Shown in pieces: positions 1-8,889 of a stretch of DNA of 64,000 nucleotides. Each line of letters opens with the position of its first letter. Position 1 is the stretch's first letter. The notes beneath the pieces are model-generated. The model made no database searches. It was given only the letters and a program-made list of their open reading frames with translations, and was not told the origin of the DNA. The stretch comes from Elusimicrobiota bacterium (GTDB taxonomy: Bacteria; Elusimicrobiota; Elusimicrobia; UBA1565; UBA9628). Position numbers and translations under genes: made by a program. The stretch spans positions 18,923 through 82,922 of the forward strand of contig DAHXMM010000021.1 of the NCBI GenBank assembly GCA_027371715.1, read 5' to 3'.

Positions 1-347
1 ACGCGATGGTCAAAAATTCTTTTGGGAAAGTCTCTCCCGAGGAACTCAAGCGTTATATTTTGGCCATGCAGGTTTGGAATGAAACGATGGGCTCAAACGT
101 TGTCAAGCAGAGGCGTTTGGGAAATTCGGTCATGGTCATCGCGGGATTGGGACACATGGTTTACGGGGGCGGAATACCCGAGAGCGTCAAAGCCCGCCTT
201 CAAGGCCAGTCCAGCGCGGTCATTTTACCTTATCCCCCTAATGGAGGCGACCAAAATGAAAGCGAAATTCTCAAAACCCTTTCCAACCCCAATAAAGACG
301 AATCCCAGTGGGCGGATTTTTTCTGGCTTTTGCCCTCAGGAAATTAA
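1..347 (+). CDS. C-terminal part of ChaN-like (iron-regulated lipoprotein family) protein, truncated by window edge
   Basis: 'QVWNETM...VIAGLGH..YG.GIP' resembles the ChaN C-terminal motif. Confidence 0.55.
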   Translation, partial: AMVKNSFGKVSPEELKRYILAMQVWNETMGSNVVKQRRLGNSVMVIAGLGHMVYGGGIPESVKARLQGQSSAVILPYPPNGGDQNESEILKTLSNPNKDESQWADFFWLLPSGN

Positions 348-1384
348 AGGTTTGGCGGCAACGCGGGTTTGATTCGGCGAAAATGAAGATGCGAATGGCC
401 CAACGCGGGAAATTTCCAAATTTTAGAGGTCTCTTTCCCCGCAAAATCCGAGACGACGATCTTAAGGCCCGAAGAACCAACTGGAAAATTGGTTATTTTA
501 GGGAAACGAAAGAGAAACCTGCGGGGGTGGCCCATATCCACCTCGTTCTCCAAAATTTTTCCGTTTGAAAAAGAAAGCGGCGCGATTTGATAAACGGAAG
601 AAACGCCCATAAAAAAGTTTTTCCCGGGCAAATAGTCAAATTTTCTCTTGGCCAATAAAATATTCTTTCCCCCATGGCCTTTGAAAGCCCAAACCGAAAT
701 GGAAGCAGGCGTTGTCTCAACTGTTGAGGGAGAAATCACGTCAAAAGCGTCCACAATCAGGGCCGACACCTTGCTGGTTCGAGAAAGCGGAAAAATCTCA
801 TTTTTATCGTCGGCCAGGACGCGGTTTTTGGAGTCAATTAAATAAAGCCCGCGAATGACCGGAGGTTTATCGGCGGACAACTTTGGGAAAAATCTTAACG
901 GCTCTTGGTAATGCCCGTTTGAACTTATCACATTGATGTGAACATGCGGAAAAATCCCGTAACCCATTTGAGAGGCGTCATAAATTTTTCCCAGAAGGGC
1001 TCCGTCGGAAACAGTTCCTCCTTTTTTTGCCAAATCAAATAGAGAAGCAGGAATCGTTTTTGGATCGAGATGATGGAATTGCCAGACCGTCCCATTTTTT
1101 TGAACAATCGCAATTTGAAAAGTATAGGGAATTTTAATCCGGTAATAGTATCCCAGCGAGATTTTCCCGGAAACCGGCGCGTAGACCGGAGTTCCCGCCG
1201 GTTCCAGAATATCCAAGCCGTGATGAAAGCCAGGCTTGTCTCCGTAAAATTGAAGGGTATAAGCGAGATTTCCAACATGAATAGGCAGACCTTTAACGGG
1301 CCAAGGCACGACGGAAGCGCCGGTCTGAGAGAAAGAAACGACGGGTAAAAATAAGGGGAAAAGTAGAGCGGAGAGAGTTCTCAC
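344..1384 (-). CDS. Secreted M23 family metallopeptidase
   Basis: Signal peptide; HHGLD (HxxxD) and PHVH motifs; 'GTPVYAPVSG'; GTGA overlap with nuoF stop. Confidence 0.75.
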   Translation of the reverse strand: MRTLSALLFPLFLPVVSFSQTGASVVPWPVKGLPIHVGNLAYTLQFYGDKPGFHHGLDILEPAGTPVYAPVSGKISLGYYYRIKIPYTFQIAIVQKNGTVWQFHHLDPKTIPASLFDLAKKGGTVSDGALLGKIYDASQMGYGIFPHVHINVISSNGHYQEPLRFFPKLSADKPPVIRGLYLIDSKNRVLADDKNEIFPLSRTSKVSALIVDAFDVISPSTVETTPASISVWAFKGHGGKNILLAKRKFDYLPGKNFFMGVSSVYQIAPLSFSNGKILENEVDMGHPRRFLFRFPKITNFPVGSSGLKIVVSDFAGKETSKIWKFPALGHSHLHFRRIKPALPPNL

Positions 1385-2631
1385 CGGGATTGAGAGAGCT
1401 TAAAATCTTCCGGAAATTTTTTCATGAAACCCCGGACCACCATCCCGACAGTGTCCCCCAAGGCGCAGATGACTTTTCCGGTGATGTTCTCGCCCACGCG
1501 CTGAAGATTGGGAAAATCGTCCTCCACTCCTTGGCCGGACATCACCCGCTCTAAAATCCGGGTCGTCCATTCGGAGCCCTCGCGACAGGGCGTGCATTGA
1601 CCGCAGGACTCATGGGCTAAAAAGCGTTCGATGTTGTGCGCCGTTTCCACCATATTCCGGGTCTCATCTAAAACGACAATTCCGCCTGCTCCCAGAAAAG
1701 TTCCCAAGCCCCTCAAACTTTCAAAATCCATCGGGACATCGATTTCAGAAGCGGCAATGGGAGGAGTAGAAGTCCCGCCGGGGATTACGCATTTAAGCGC
1801 GCGTCCGCCTTTGACGCCGCCCGTGGCTTCAATCATCTTTCGCAAAGGAGTTCCCATGGCAAACTCGTAAACTCCCGGCTTTTCAACGTCTCCCGAAATA
1901 GAGAAAAGTCCGGTTCCACCCGTTTTTGCGACCCCGACTTTTGCGAAGGCCTCTCCCCCATCTTTCAGAATATGAGGAAGCATGGCTAAAGTCTCGACAT
2001 TGTTGACCACGGTCGGCTGACCCATCAAACCTTTGACCGTCGGGAAGGGCGGAGGCTGCCGGGGCCAGGCTTTTTTGCCTTCCATCGTTTCAAGAAGAGC
2101 GGTGTCCAAGCCGCAAATATAAGCCCCGGCGCCGCGCATGAGCGAAATACGGCAAGAAAACCCGCTTCCTAAAATATTTTTTCCGATCAACCCCGCATGT
2201 TCCGCTTCGGCGATAGCCTTAGAGAGAATTTGATGTTGAACGGCATATTCACCTCGGATAAAAATAAACCCATCTTCGGCGCCAATCGCATAAGCGGCAA
2301 TTAAAATCCCCTCAAGAACGCTGTGCGGAGATTTAGTCATTAAAACGCGGTCTTTAAAACAGCCCGGTTCGGATTCATCCGCATTCGCCACCACATATCG
2401 AGGCCCCGGCAATTTATCCTTGGGCGGAACGGTCTCCCATTTCATGCCGGTGGCAAAACCCGCGCCGCCAAGCCCTCTCAAATTCGACTTTTTAACCTCG
2501 GCCGTCGCCTCGGCGGGCTTAAGTGAAAGAGCTTTTTTAAGTCCTTCGTAGCCGCCAAATTTTTTATATGTTTCCAACTCATGCAAATTCGGCTCGTCAA
2601 AATGTTTCGTTAAAATTTTAGTCTCGGTCAT
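1381..2631 (-). CDS. nuoF: NADH-quinone oxidoreductase subunit F
   Basis: LRGLGGAGF, NADESEPG, GAGAYICG, SCGQCTPCREG; start placed at ATG after GGAAACC. Confidence 0.96.
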   Translation of the reverse strand: MTETKILTKHFDEPNLHELETYKKFGGYEGLKKALSLKPAEATAEVKKSNLRGLGGAGFATGMKWETVPPKDKLPGPRYVVANADESEPGCFKDRVLMTKSPHSVLEGILIAAYAIGAEDGFIFIRGEYAVQHQILSKAIAEAEHAGLIGKNILGSGFSCRISLMRGAGAYICGLDTALLETMEGKKAWPRQPPPFPTVKGLMGQPTVVNNVETLAMLPHILKDGGEAFAKVGVAKTGGTGLFSISGDVEKPGVYEFAMGTPLRKMIEATGGVKGGRALKCVIPGGTSTPPIAASEIDVPMDFESLRGLGTFLGAGGIVVLDETRNMVETAHNIERFLAHESCGQCTPCREGSEWTTRILERVMSGQGVEDDFPNLQRVGENITGKVICALGDTVGMVVRGFMKKFPEDFKLSQSR

Positions 2632-2687
2632 GGTTTCCTTTTGCACAGACTCTGGCTCCAACCACTTCCTCGCTTAAGCTCGGTCAT
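2628..2687 (-). repeat. nuo junction repeat, short copy 1 (mini-ORF MTELKRGSGWSQSLCKRKP*)
   Basis: Bounded by ATGA at both ends; overlaps nuoE stop and nuoF start; homologous to three other copies. Confidence 0.9.
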
Positions 2688-3178
2688 GCCACAATCTCGT
2701 TGATTAAATTTTCGGTCGCCTTGCCTTTTAGCTCTTCGTTAAAGATCACCGCCGGGGCGTGTTCGCAAGCGCCCAAACATTCCATTTCTTCCCAAGAAAA
2801 CTCGCCGTCCGGAGTCGTCTCAAATTCCTTAACCTTTAGTTTTTTCTCAAGGAAATCGGCAATTTTATCTGAACCCGCCATAGCGCAGGAAAGCCCGTGG
2901 CAAAGCCCGATTCTTTTTCTTCCGGTCGGTTTCTTGGTGAAAAGAGGAAAGAAAGTCGCAACCTGATGGACATGGTTTTGAGTTGTGTCAAAGATTTCAG
3001 CTAAATACGCCTCATCTTCCGGGCGCACGCACAAATGCCAGGTTTGGACCTGCCGCATGGCCTCTAAAAGGCCCATAATGGGATGCGGATAGGCCTTTGT
3101 CCAAGACTGAAGAATTTTTTCTTCCTCCGGGGAAAAAGGCGAAGTTTGATTCAAGGATTGCACTGTCAGAGAACTCAT
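2684..3178 (-). CDS. nuoE: NADH-quinone oxidoreductase subunit E
   Basis: CHGLSC and ECLGAC 2Fe-2S ligands. Confidence 0.93.
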   Translation of the reverse strand: MSSLTVQSLNQTSPFSPEEEKILQSWTKAYPHPIMGLLEAMRQVQTWHLCVRPEDEAYLAEIFDTTQNHVHQVATFFPLFTKKPTGRKRIGLCHGLSCAMAGSDKIADFLEKKLKVKEFETTPDGEFSWEEMECLGACEHAPAVIFNEELKGKATENLINEIVA

Positions 3179-3567
3179 GGAGATGACCTCATCTTTTTCA
3201 AAGCTCCGTCAAAAGCGGCGACATAATCTTTTTGAGAAATGCTCATAAAAACCTTTTCCGACTCCCCCTCGCTGTAAACATGCGAAGTGATGTTGCGGTC
3301 TTTAAGCATGCTCAGGAAAACGCTCTCGTCCTTGATAATTCCCACTCGAAAAGCCTCTTCAAGGCAATCTTTTGGAAACCGGCAAGAAACGCCCTTATTC
3401 GAGAAATAAACCTTAAGGCTTTTCCAAAAAGCCTCGAAAGTGAACTCAAATCTTTGAACGACGCCGTCTTTCTCAAGCTCCGTCCTCGCGTCTAAAACTC
3501 CTTTTCTTAACGCCGCAAGAGCGTTTTCAAATTTTTTAATCGCCAGTTCTACTTCTTCATGATCCAT
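3175..3567 (-). CDS. HEPN-family (HI0074/nucleotidyltransferase substrate-binding type) protein, HepT-like toxin
   Basis: DGVVQRFEFTFE motif; RNITSHVY (RX4HXY). Confidence 0.85.
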   Translation of the reverse strand: MDHEEVELAIKKFENALAALRKGVLDARTELEKDGVVQRFEFTFEAFWKSLKVYFSNKGVSCRFPKDCLEEAFRVGIIKDESVFLSMLKDRNITSHVYSEGESEKVFMSISQKDYVAAFDGALKKMRSSP

Positions 3568-3868
3568 AGACGACCATCCCCGTTCGGAGAATCAAATTCC
3601 TAAAATCCGCCTCGACGTCTTTTAAATAAACGACATCCACCTTATAAAGACCCCGCGCCTCGTCCATGCCGTCTTGAATTTTCCACTCAATGTCCTGGGT
3701 GGGCCTAGCCGCATCGACGCCCAAGTCAAAATCCGAACCTGGGAATTCCGTTCCCTTGGCCCGCGATCCGAATAGAATAATCCTTGACGGGGCAAGTTCT
3801 CTGACAAGGATATCCGTCGCTTTTTCAAGCACCTCTTTTTCTCGATAAGAGAATCGGGAGAAATCCAT
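3557..3868 (-). CDS. Minimal nucleotidyltransferase (MNT), MntA-like antitoxin
   Basis: LFGSRAKG....SDFD (GSX10DXD) and KVDVV. Confidence 0.88.
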   Translation of the reverse strand: MDFSRFSYREKEVLEKATDILVRELAPSRIILFGSRAKGTEFPGSDFDLGVDAARPTQDIEWKIQDGMDEARGLYKVDVVYLKDVEADFRNLILRTGMVVYGS

Positions 3869-5188
3869 TTACCGGTCCAATTCTCCCGCGATCATATTGA
3901 CCGAACCAAAAGTCGGAACAATATCGGCCACCCATCCTCCATCGATGATTTTAGAAAGCGCCGCCATGGGGTTTAAGCACGGTGGGCGGCATCTGACGCG
4001 GTAAGGGCGATCTTCTCCGACGCTTACGATGTGAAAACCGAGCTCTCCGTTTCCGCCCTCGACCGCGAAATAAGTTTCTCCCGCGGGAATCCGAACTCCC
4101 CAATTCCACATCACCAGCTCGAAATGATTCATGAGTCCTTCAATGGAACCGTAGGTCTCTTCCTTCGGCGGCAAGACCGCGGAATGATTGGCGGCGCGGG
4201 CAACGCCGACCTCGCTTCGGTCGTAGCCCTCCAAGGTCGCATCCACCTTGGCCTTGTATTTTTTCAAGAGAGCGGTATCGCCTCTTTTACCCGCATCCTG
4301 ATAAACGAAAGCATCTTTCATTTCAGAAACTTCCAAGGAATGTTTACCCTCGGGAATTTGTTTCAGACATTGCTCAATTAAACGCAAGCTTTGCTCGATT
4401 TCAGCCATGCGCACTAAATAGCGATCGTAGTTGTCGCCATTGCGTCCGACGGGAATTTCAAAATCCAAGCGATCGTAAATCAAATAGGGATGCGCGCGCC
4501 GAAGGTCATAAGGAACGCCGGTTGAGCGCAAGAAGGGCCCCGTAATTCCATAAGCGATAGCGTCATTTTGGGAAATGACTCCAACATTTTCCATGCGATC
4601 ACGGAAAATGCGGTTCTTGGTCAGAAGCTTGTCGGAATCAACCACCGCTTCCCGCACTTTTCGAGAGACTTCGCGGAAATTTTCAGCAAAATTTTTGGGC
4701 AAATCGCCTTTAACCCCGCCAACCCGGGTGTAAGAAGTGGTCAACCGCGCCCCGGTCAACTGATCCACCATCTGATACAAAAATTCCCGCGCCTTGATGA
4801 GATAGAGAAAAACCGTGAAAGCCCCGAGTTCCATGGCCGAAGCCCCGACGCAGGTCAAATGATCGGTGACACGGGAAATCTCCGAGGCAATGGTTCGCAA
4901 GTACTGTCCGCGCTCCGGGATTTCGATTCCCGCCAGTTTTTCAACCGCCATGCAGTAGCCGACATTATTAATTAGCGGAGAGACGTAATTAAGACGATCC
5001 GTATAAGGCACGACATTGTTCCAAATCTCATTTTCCGATTGTTTCTCAAAAGCTCGGTGGAGATACCCAATTTCGGCGTCAGAATGGACGATCCTTTCGC
5101 CGTCTAATTCCAAAACCAGGCGAACGACGCCGTGCATGGCCGGATGCTGCGGGCCCATATTCAAAAGAAAGTTTTTTTGCTCAGTCAT
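3869..5188 (-). CDS. nuoD: NADH-quinone oxidoreductase subunit D
   Basis: LNMGPQHPAMHGV, GYLHRAFEK, C-terminal GELDR; ATGA overlap with upstream HEPN stop. Confidence 0.96.
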   Translation of the reverse strand: MTEQKNFLLNMGPQHPAMHGVVRLVLELDGERIVHSDAEIGYLHRAFEKQSENEIWNNVVPYTDRLNYVSPLINNVGYCMAVEKLAGIEIPERGQYLRTIASEISRVTDHLTCVGASAMELGAFTVFLYLIKAREFLYQMVDQLTGARLTTSYTRVGGVKGDLPKNFAENFREVSRKVREAVVDSDKLLTKNRIFRDRMENVGVISQNDAIAYGITGPFLRSTGVPYDLRRAHPYLIYDRLDFEIPVGRNGDNYDRYLVRMAEIEQSLRLIEQCLKQIPEGKHSLEVSEMKDAFVYQDAGKRGDTALLKKYKAKVDATLEGYDRSEVGVARAANHSAVLPPKEETYGSIEGLMNHFELVMWNWGVRIPAGETYFAVEGGNGELGFHIVSVGEDRPYRVRCRPPCLNPMAALSKIIDGGWVADIVPTFGSVNMIAGELDR

Positions 5189-5574
5189 TTTACCACTCCC
5201 AAAAACGGCTTGCAAACGGAAACGATGCGCTCCATGGCGTTGACCGCTTCTTCAGCCTCGGAATAAGCGGCAAAAGCCCCAGGATAGCGCAAATCCACTG
5301 AATATTTATTGAGATTATCCATATCTCTAGGATTCAATCGGGTCTCTAAATCTCCAAGCGACTTCGCCAAATCGAAAAGATCATGTATTTTTGAAAACAC
5401 GATGCCCTTAATGACAAGGACAGCTTTAATATATTTCTCCGCGCATTGTTGCGCATGAAAACAAGCGATATCTATCTGGCCGGGATCGGATTTTGCCTCT
5501 TCCAAAGATCGCTTGGCCGCTCGGCGATCAGCTTCAGCCTTGGATATCCACTCCTGAACATACTCATGACTCAT
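5185..5574 (-). CDS. HEPN domain protein
   Basis: ACFHAQQCAEKYIKA, HDL, LRYPG motifs; start MSHEY overlaps MNT stop. Confidence 0.85.
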   Translation of the reverse strand: MSHEYVQEWISKAEADRRAAKRSLEEAKSDPGQIDIACFHAQQCAEKYIKAVLVIKGIVFSKIHDLFDLAKSLGDLETRLNPRDMDNLNKYSVDLRYPGAFAAYSEAEEAVNAMERIVSVCKPFLGVVK

Positions 5575-5914
5575 AAAGCACTTTTCCGTGAGCAAGAACC
5601 TCTTTAAAAAAATAATCTCCGATTCTAAGTCTTTCCTCAAGCTCACGGGAACTCCGAACCAAAAGATCCAAGGGCCATTCATGAGTTCCGATTGCGCTAC
5701 TGACGAGATGGTAACGCTGAGTCTTGTCCATCGGAGAATCGAGAACGACAAACAAATCCACGTCGCTATCGGGGCCGGGGTTTCCATACGCATGGGAACC
5801 AAAAAGAATCACTTTCTTAGGATGCGTCTTTTCCACGATACGCCCGACCGCGCCCTCTATCCACGCACGCGGATCGGGGCGAAAACGAGCGGCTATTCCT
5901 CTAGGCTCAGTCAT
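5564..5914 (-). CDS. Minimal nucleotidyltransferase (MNT)
   Basis: LFGSHAYG....SDVD (GSX10DXD), PLDLLV, GKVLYE. Confidence 0.88.
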   Translation of the reverse strand: MTEPRGIAARFRPDPRAWIEGAVGRIVEKTHPKKVILFGSHAYGNPGPDSDVDLFVVLDSPMDKTQRYHLVSSAIGTHEWPLDLLVRSSRELEERLRIGDYFFKEVLAHGKVLYES

Positions 5915-6542
5915 ATTTCACCGTGGGCCGAATAATATTAAAGCTCGGACTATTTTCGCGATCACCAGAGGACGGGCCGATCAAAGGCTGCCTCTTGGTA
6001 ATCGGATAATCTTTGCGAAGTGGATGCCCTTGAAACTCTTCGTACATGAGAAGGCGTTTGATGTCGGGGCGGTCAATAAATGAAATTCCAAACATATCCC
6101 AAACTTCTCTCTCCAACCAGTCCGCAATCGGCCATAAACTCATGACCGAACGCAACACTGGAGGGTTTTCCGGAACTCCGCAATGAACATAAACTCGCCC
6201 CAGATCGTCTCCGGTTTTGGGGTCTAATTTCATCACGCGGTAAACAACCTCAAATCTTTCCTGAACCGGAGCTTTAAGACGCGGCTCATCTAAGCTATCT
6301 GTTCCAGGACGATGCGGAGTTCCGTATTCTTCTCCCTCGGCCGAAGCCAGGGGACGTGGGATAATTTGTTGTTGAAGGGGATGCGCCCGTTTCCAAGAAT
6401 CGGTTTTGTCTCCGGAAGAACCGTAGGCGGAATAGTCGACGGCAGTCAAATCAACGAGCATATTGTAGCCTTCGTTTTTAAGTTTCTTAAGAGTCTCAAA
6501 GGCCTCAGAAGCCGAAACCCGAATTTCTTTGATTTCAGTCAT
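5907..6542 (-). CDS. nuoC: NADH-quinone oxidoreductase subunit C
   Basis: DLTAVDY, WLEREVWDMFGI, GHPLRKDYP. Confidence 0.94.
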   Translation of the reverse strand: MTEIKEIRVSASEAFETLKKLKNEGYNMLVDLTAVDYSAYGSSGDKTDSWKRAHPLQQQIIPRPLASAEGEEYGTPHRPGTDSLDEPRLKAPVQERFEVVYRVMKLDPKTGDDLGRVYVHCGVPENPPVLRSVMSLWPIADWLEREVWDMFGISFIDRPDIKRLLMYEEFQGHPLRKDYPITKRQPLIGPSSGDRENSPSFNIIRPTVKYD

Positions 6543-6598
6543 GGTTTCCTTCCGTATGAACCTTTGAGACAACCATTTCCCCGCTTAGGCTCGGTCAT
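6539..6598 (-). repeat. nuo junction repeat, short copy 2 (mini-ORF MTEPKRGNGCLKGSYGRKP*)
   Basis: ATGA at both ends; overlaps nuoB stop and nuoC start. Confidence 0.9.
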
Positions 6599-7071
6599 TT
6601 AATTGTCTCTCCCGCCTGCTTTTCAATTTTCTTTTGAAGAAGCATGAGTCCCTCCAAAACAATTTCAGGACGCGGCGGACACCCGGGAATGTAGACATCA
6701 ACCGGCACAATCGTGTCAATTCCCTGAACGGTTGAGTAATTATTGTAAAAACCACCAGTGCAAGTGCAAACGCCAAAAGCCACCACCCATTTAGGGGCGG
6801 CCATTTGGTCGTAAATACGGCGCAACACCGGGGCAATTTTATGAGAAATTGTTCCCACTACCATCAAACAATCGGCTTGCCGAGGAGAAAACCGCGGAAA
6901 GGCCGCGCCGAAGCGGTCTAAGTCATAATGAGACGCCGCGGTTGACATAAACTCCATTCCGCAACAAGCGGTGACAAAAGGGTATTGAAAAATCGAATAC
7001 TTTCGCGCCCAACCCAAGGCGGCGTCTAGTTGAGTCGTGACGACTCCATCTAAAGCTTCATCTACCGGCAT
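6595..7071 (-). CDS. nuoB: NADH-quinone oxidoreductase subunit B
   Basis: ACCGME, SPRQAD, DVYIPGCPPRPE. Confidence 0.96.
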   Translation of the reverse strand: MPVDEALDGVVTTQLDAALGWARKYSIFQYPFVTACCGMEFMSTAASHYDLDRFGAAFPRFSPRQADCLMVVGTISHKIAPVLRRIYDQMAAPKWVVAFGVCTCTGGFYNNYSTVQGIDTIVPVDVYIPGCPPRPEIVLEGLMLLQKKIEKQAGETIK

Positions 7072-7409
7072 TCTAACACCCCCTTCGCCCAAAAATATGC
7101 GACCATGAGGGCGGTAATTAAAACAAACAAGGTCACCGAAAAAACGCCCAGCAAGGTCAAATGCGAACGGCTCAGAGCCCATGGAAATAAAAGGGCGAGA
7201 TCGACGTCAAAGACGACAAAGAGAACCGCAAACTTCCAATAAAGAACAGAAATCTTTTCTTCCGCATGCTCAATAGGCGGCATTCCTGTTTCATACGGGA
7301 GATTGCCGTCTCCCTCGTGTTTAGGCGCGGGCCCTAAAAGACGCCCGGCATAAGTCATAATGGTCGCAATCGCGCCCACGACCAAAACATCTAAAATGAG
7401 AGCAATCAT
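7062..7409 (-). CDS. nuoA: NADH-quinone oxidoreductase subunit A
   Basis: PYETG, FVVFDVD, FPWA; three hydrophobic segments. Confidence 0.9.
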   Translation of the reverse strand: MIALILDVLVVGAIATIMTYAGRLLGPAPKHEGDGNLPYETGMPPIEHAEEKISVLYWKFAVLFVVFDVDLALLFPWALSRSHLTLLGVFSVTLFVLITALMVAYFWAKGVLECR

Positions 7410-7519
7410 GGTTTCCTTCCGTACGGACCTTGGATCCAACCATTTCTGACCGAATATAAATAAGGAAATGCCGCTTCCAAATTCCGTTTAAGATAGCGGC
7501 CTCGCTTAAGCTCGGTCAT
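7406..7519 (-). repeat. nuo junction repeat, long copy 1 (37-aa mini-ORF)
   Basis: ATGA at both ends; overlaps nuoN stop and nuoA start; 103/114 identical to 8886-8999. Confidence 0.92.
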
Positions 7520-8889
7520 CCCAAAACCCTCTGAAACGCCGCTAAAATCCACGGCAAAAATCCGACAACCGCCGAATACGCGGCGCTTAAAGAAACGACC
7601 AGACTAACGGCGCCAGTCCCTACCGCGATTTTTGAATTCGCAACCCCTTCTTCTAAATATATTTCCCGGACAATACGAAGATAATAAACCAAAGCCGCCA
7701 AGGTGGCGAAAGAAGCGACCACTAAGGGAACATAGAGCCCGGCTTTAAAGGCCTGCCAGAAAATGAGAAATTTCGCCAAAAATCCGGCCGTCGGAGGAAT
7801 TCCGGCTAAAGACAAGGCTAAGGTGGCAAAACAAAAGGCCAAAACCGGGCGAGTTTTTCCTAAACCCCTTAAATCTTTCCATTCTGAAACTCCCGTCAAC
7901 TCCAGAAAGAAGAAAGCGCCGTTACTCATAAGAACATAGGAGAAAAGATAAAAGAAAATGGGAAGAGCGTTTTTCTCGTTGGCGCCCAGTAACAGCCACG
8001 CCCCCACTCCCAAAACCAAAACTCCCGCATGTCCTAAAGACGAATAAGCCAAAAGCCGTTGAAGCCGGGTTTGGTTTAAGGCCGCGAAAGCCGCGAAAAT
8101 CATCGTAAAGGCGCCGATAGCCGGAAGAAGAGAAACAAAACTCGCCTGGGAATATTGCCCCAGCCGCATCAAGAGAAAAACTCCGGCGGCCTTAACCGAA
8201 GTAGATAAAAATCCGGAGAGCATGGGTTCGGAAGCTTCATAAACATCGGGTAGCCAAAAATGCCAGGGAACCGCGCCAATTTTAAAAAGAGCCGCAATAG
8301 CCATAAGGCTAAACGCCGCTTGATCCAAGAAAGAGCCATTTCCGGCAAAGGCAAAACCGCCGGTCGCCGAATAATGACAGGCCAGTCCTAAGAGAAAAAA
8401 AGCGGCGCTGACCGATCCGGCAAAGAAATATTTAATGGCGGCTTCCCAAGAAGGCTGCCCTTTCGCCGGATTTAAAGCCACCAAGAGATAAACAGGAAGA
8501 CTCAAAAGCTCAAGCGAAATAAAGAGCATGAAAAGATTCGCCGAAAAAACCAAAAACGTCATTCCCAAAAGGCTTCCTAAAAGCAAAAGAACTGAAACCT
8601 CATCCGTCCAGGTTCCGGCGATAAAAAAAGGAAGCGCCCCTGCGTAAAAGACCCCACACCACGCCTTGGTTAGAGGATCGGCTTGAAGAAGAGTTGAGAT
8701 CGTTCCATTCACAGGATGAAGAAAAACAAATGCGGCCGCAAGAGTTAAGCTCAATAAACCTAGAACTCGAACAAGCCCCACATTGATTTTCTTAAAGAGA
8801 CCGACGCAAGCGACTCCCAATACTCCGCCAAACAAAGAAATCCCCGACCCCAATGGAACGATTCTTAAAAATAAGGAAACTGGGTTCAT
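7516..8889 (-). CDS. nuoN: NADH-quinone oxidoreductase subunit N
   Basis: EAAIKYF, FKIGAVPWHFWLPDVYE, SLAGIPPTAGFLAK. Confidence 0.93.
   Translation of the reverse strand: MNPVSLFLRIVPLGSGISLFGGVLGVACVGLFKKINVGLVRVLGLLSLTLAAAFVFLHPVNGTISTLLQADPLTKAWCGVFYAGALPFFIAGTWTDEVSVLLLLGSLLGMTFLVFSANLFMLFISLELLSLPVYLLVALNPAKGQPSWEAAIKYFFAGSVSAAFFLLGLACHYSATGGFAFAGNGSFLDQAAFSLMAIAALFKIGAVPWHFWLPDVYEASEPMLSGFLSTSVKAAGVFLLMRLGQYSQASFVSLLPAIGAFTMIFAAFAALNQTRLQRLLAYSSLGHAGVLVLGVGAWLLLGANEKNALPIFFYLFSYVLMSNGAFFFLELTGVSEWKDLRGLGKTRPVLAFCFATLALSLAGIPPTAGFLAKFLIFWQAFKAGLYVPLVVASFATLAALVYYLRIVREIYLEEGVANSKIAVGTGAVSLVVSLSAAYSAVVGFLPWILAAFQRVLG

Noticed and set aside
5575..5802. Long N-terminal extension of HEPN ORF 5185..5802
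   Set aside because: Overlaps the MNT gene; the HEPN domain starts at MSHEY (5574)
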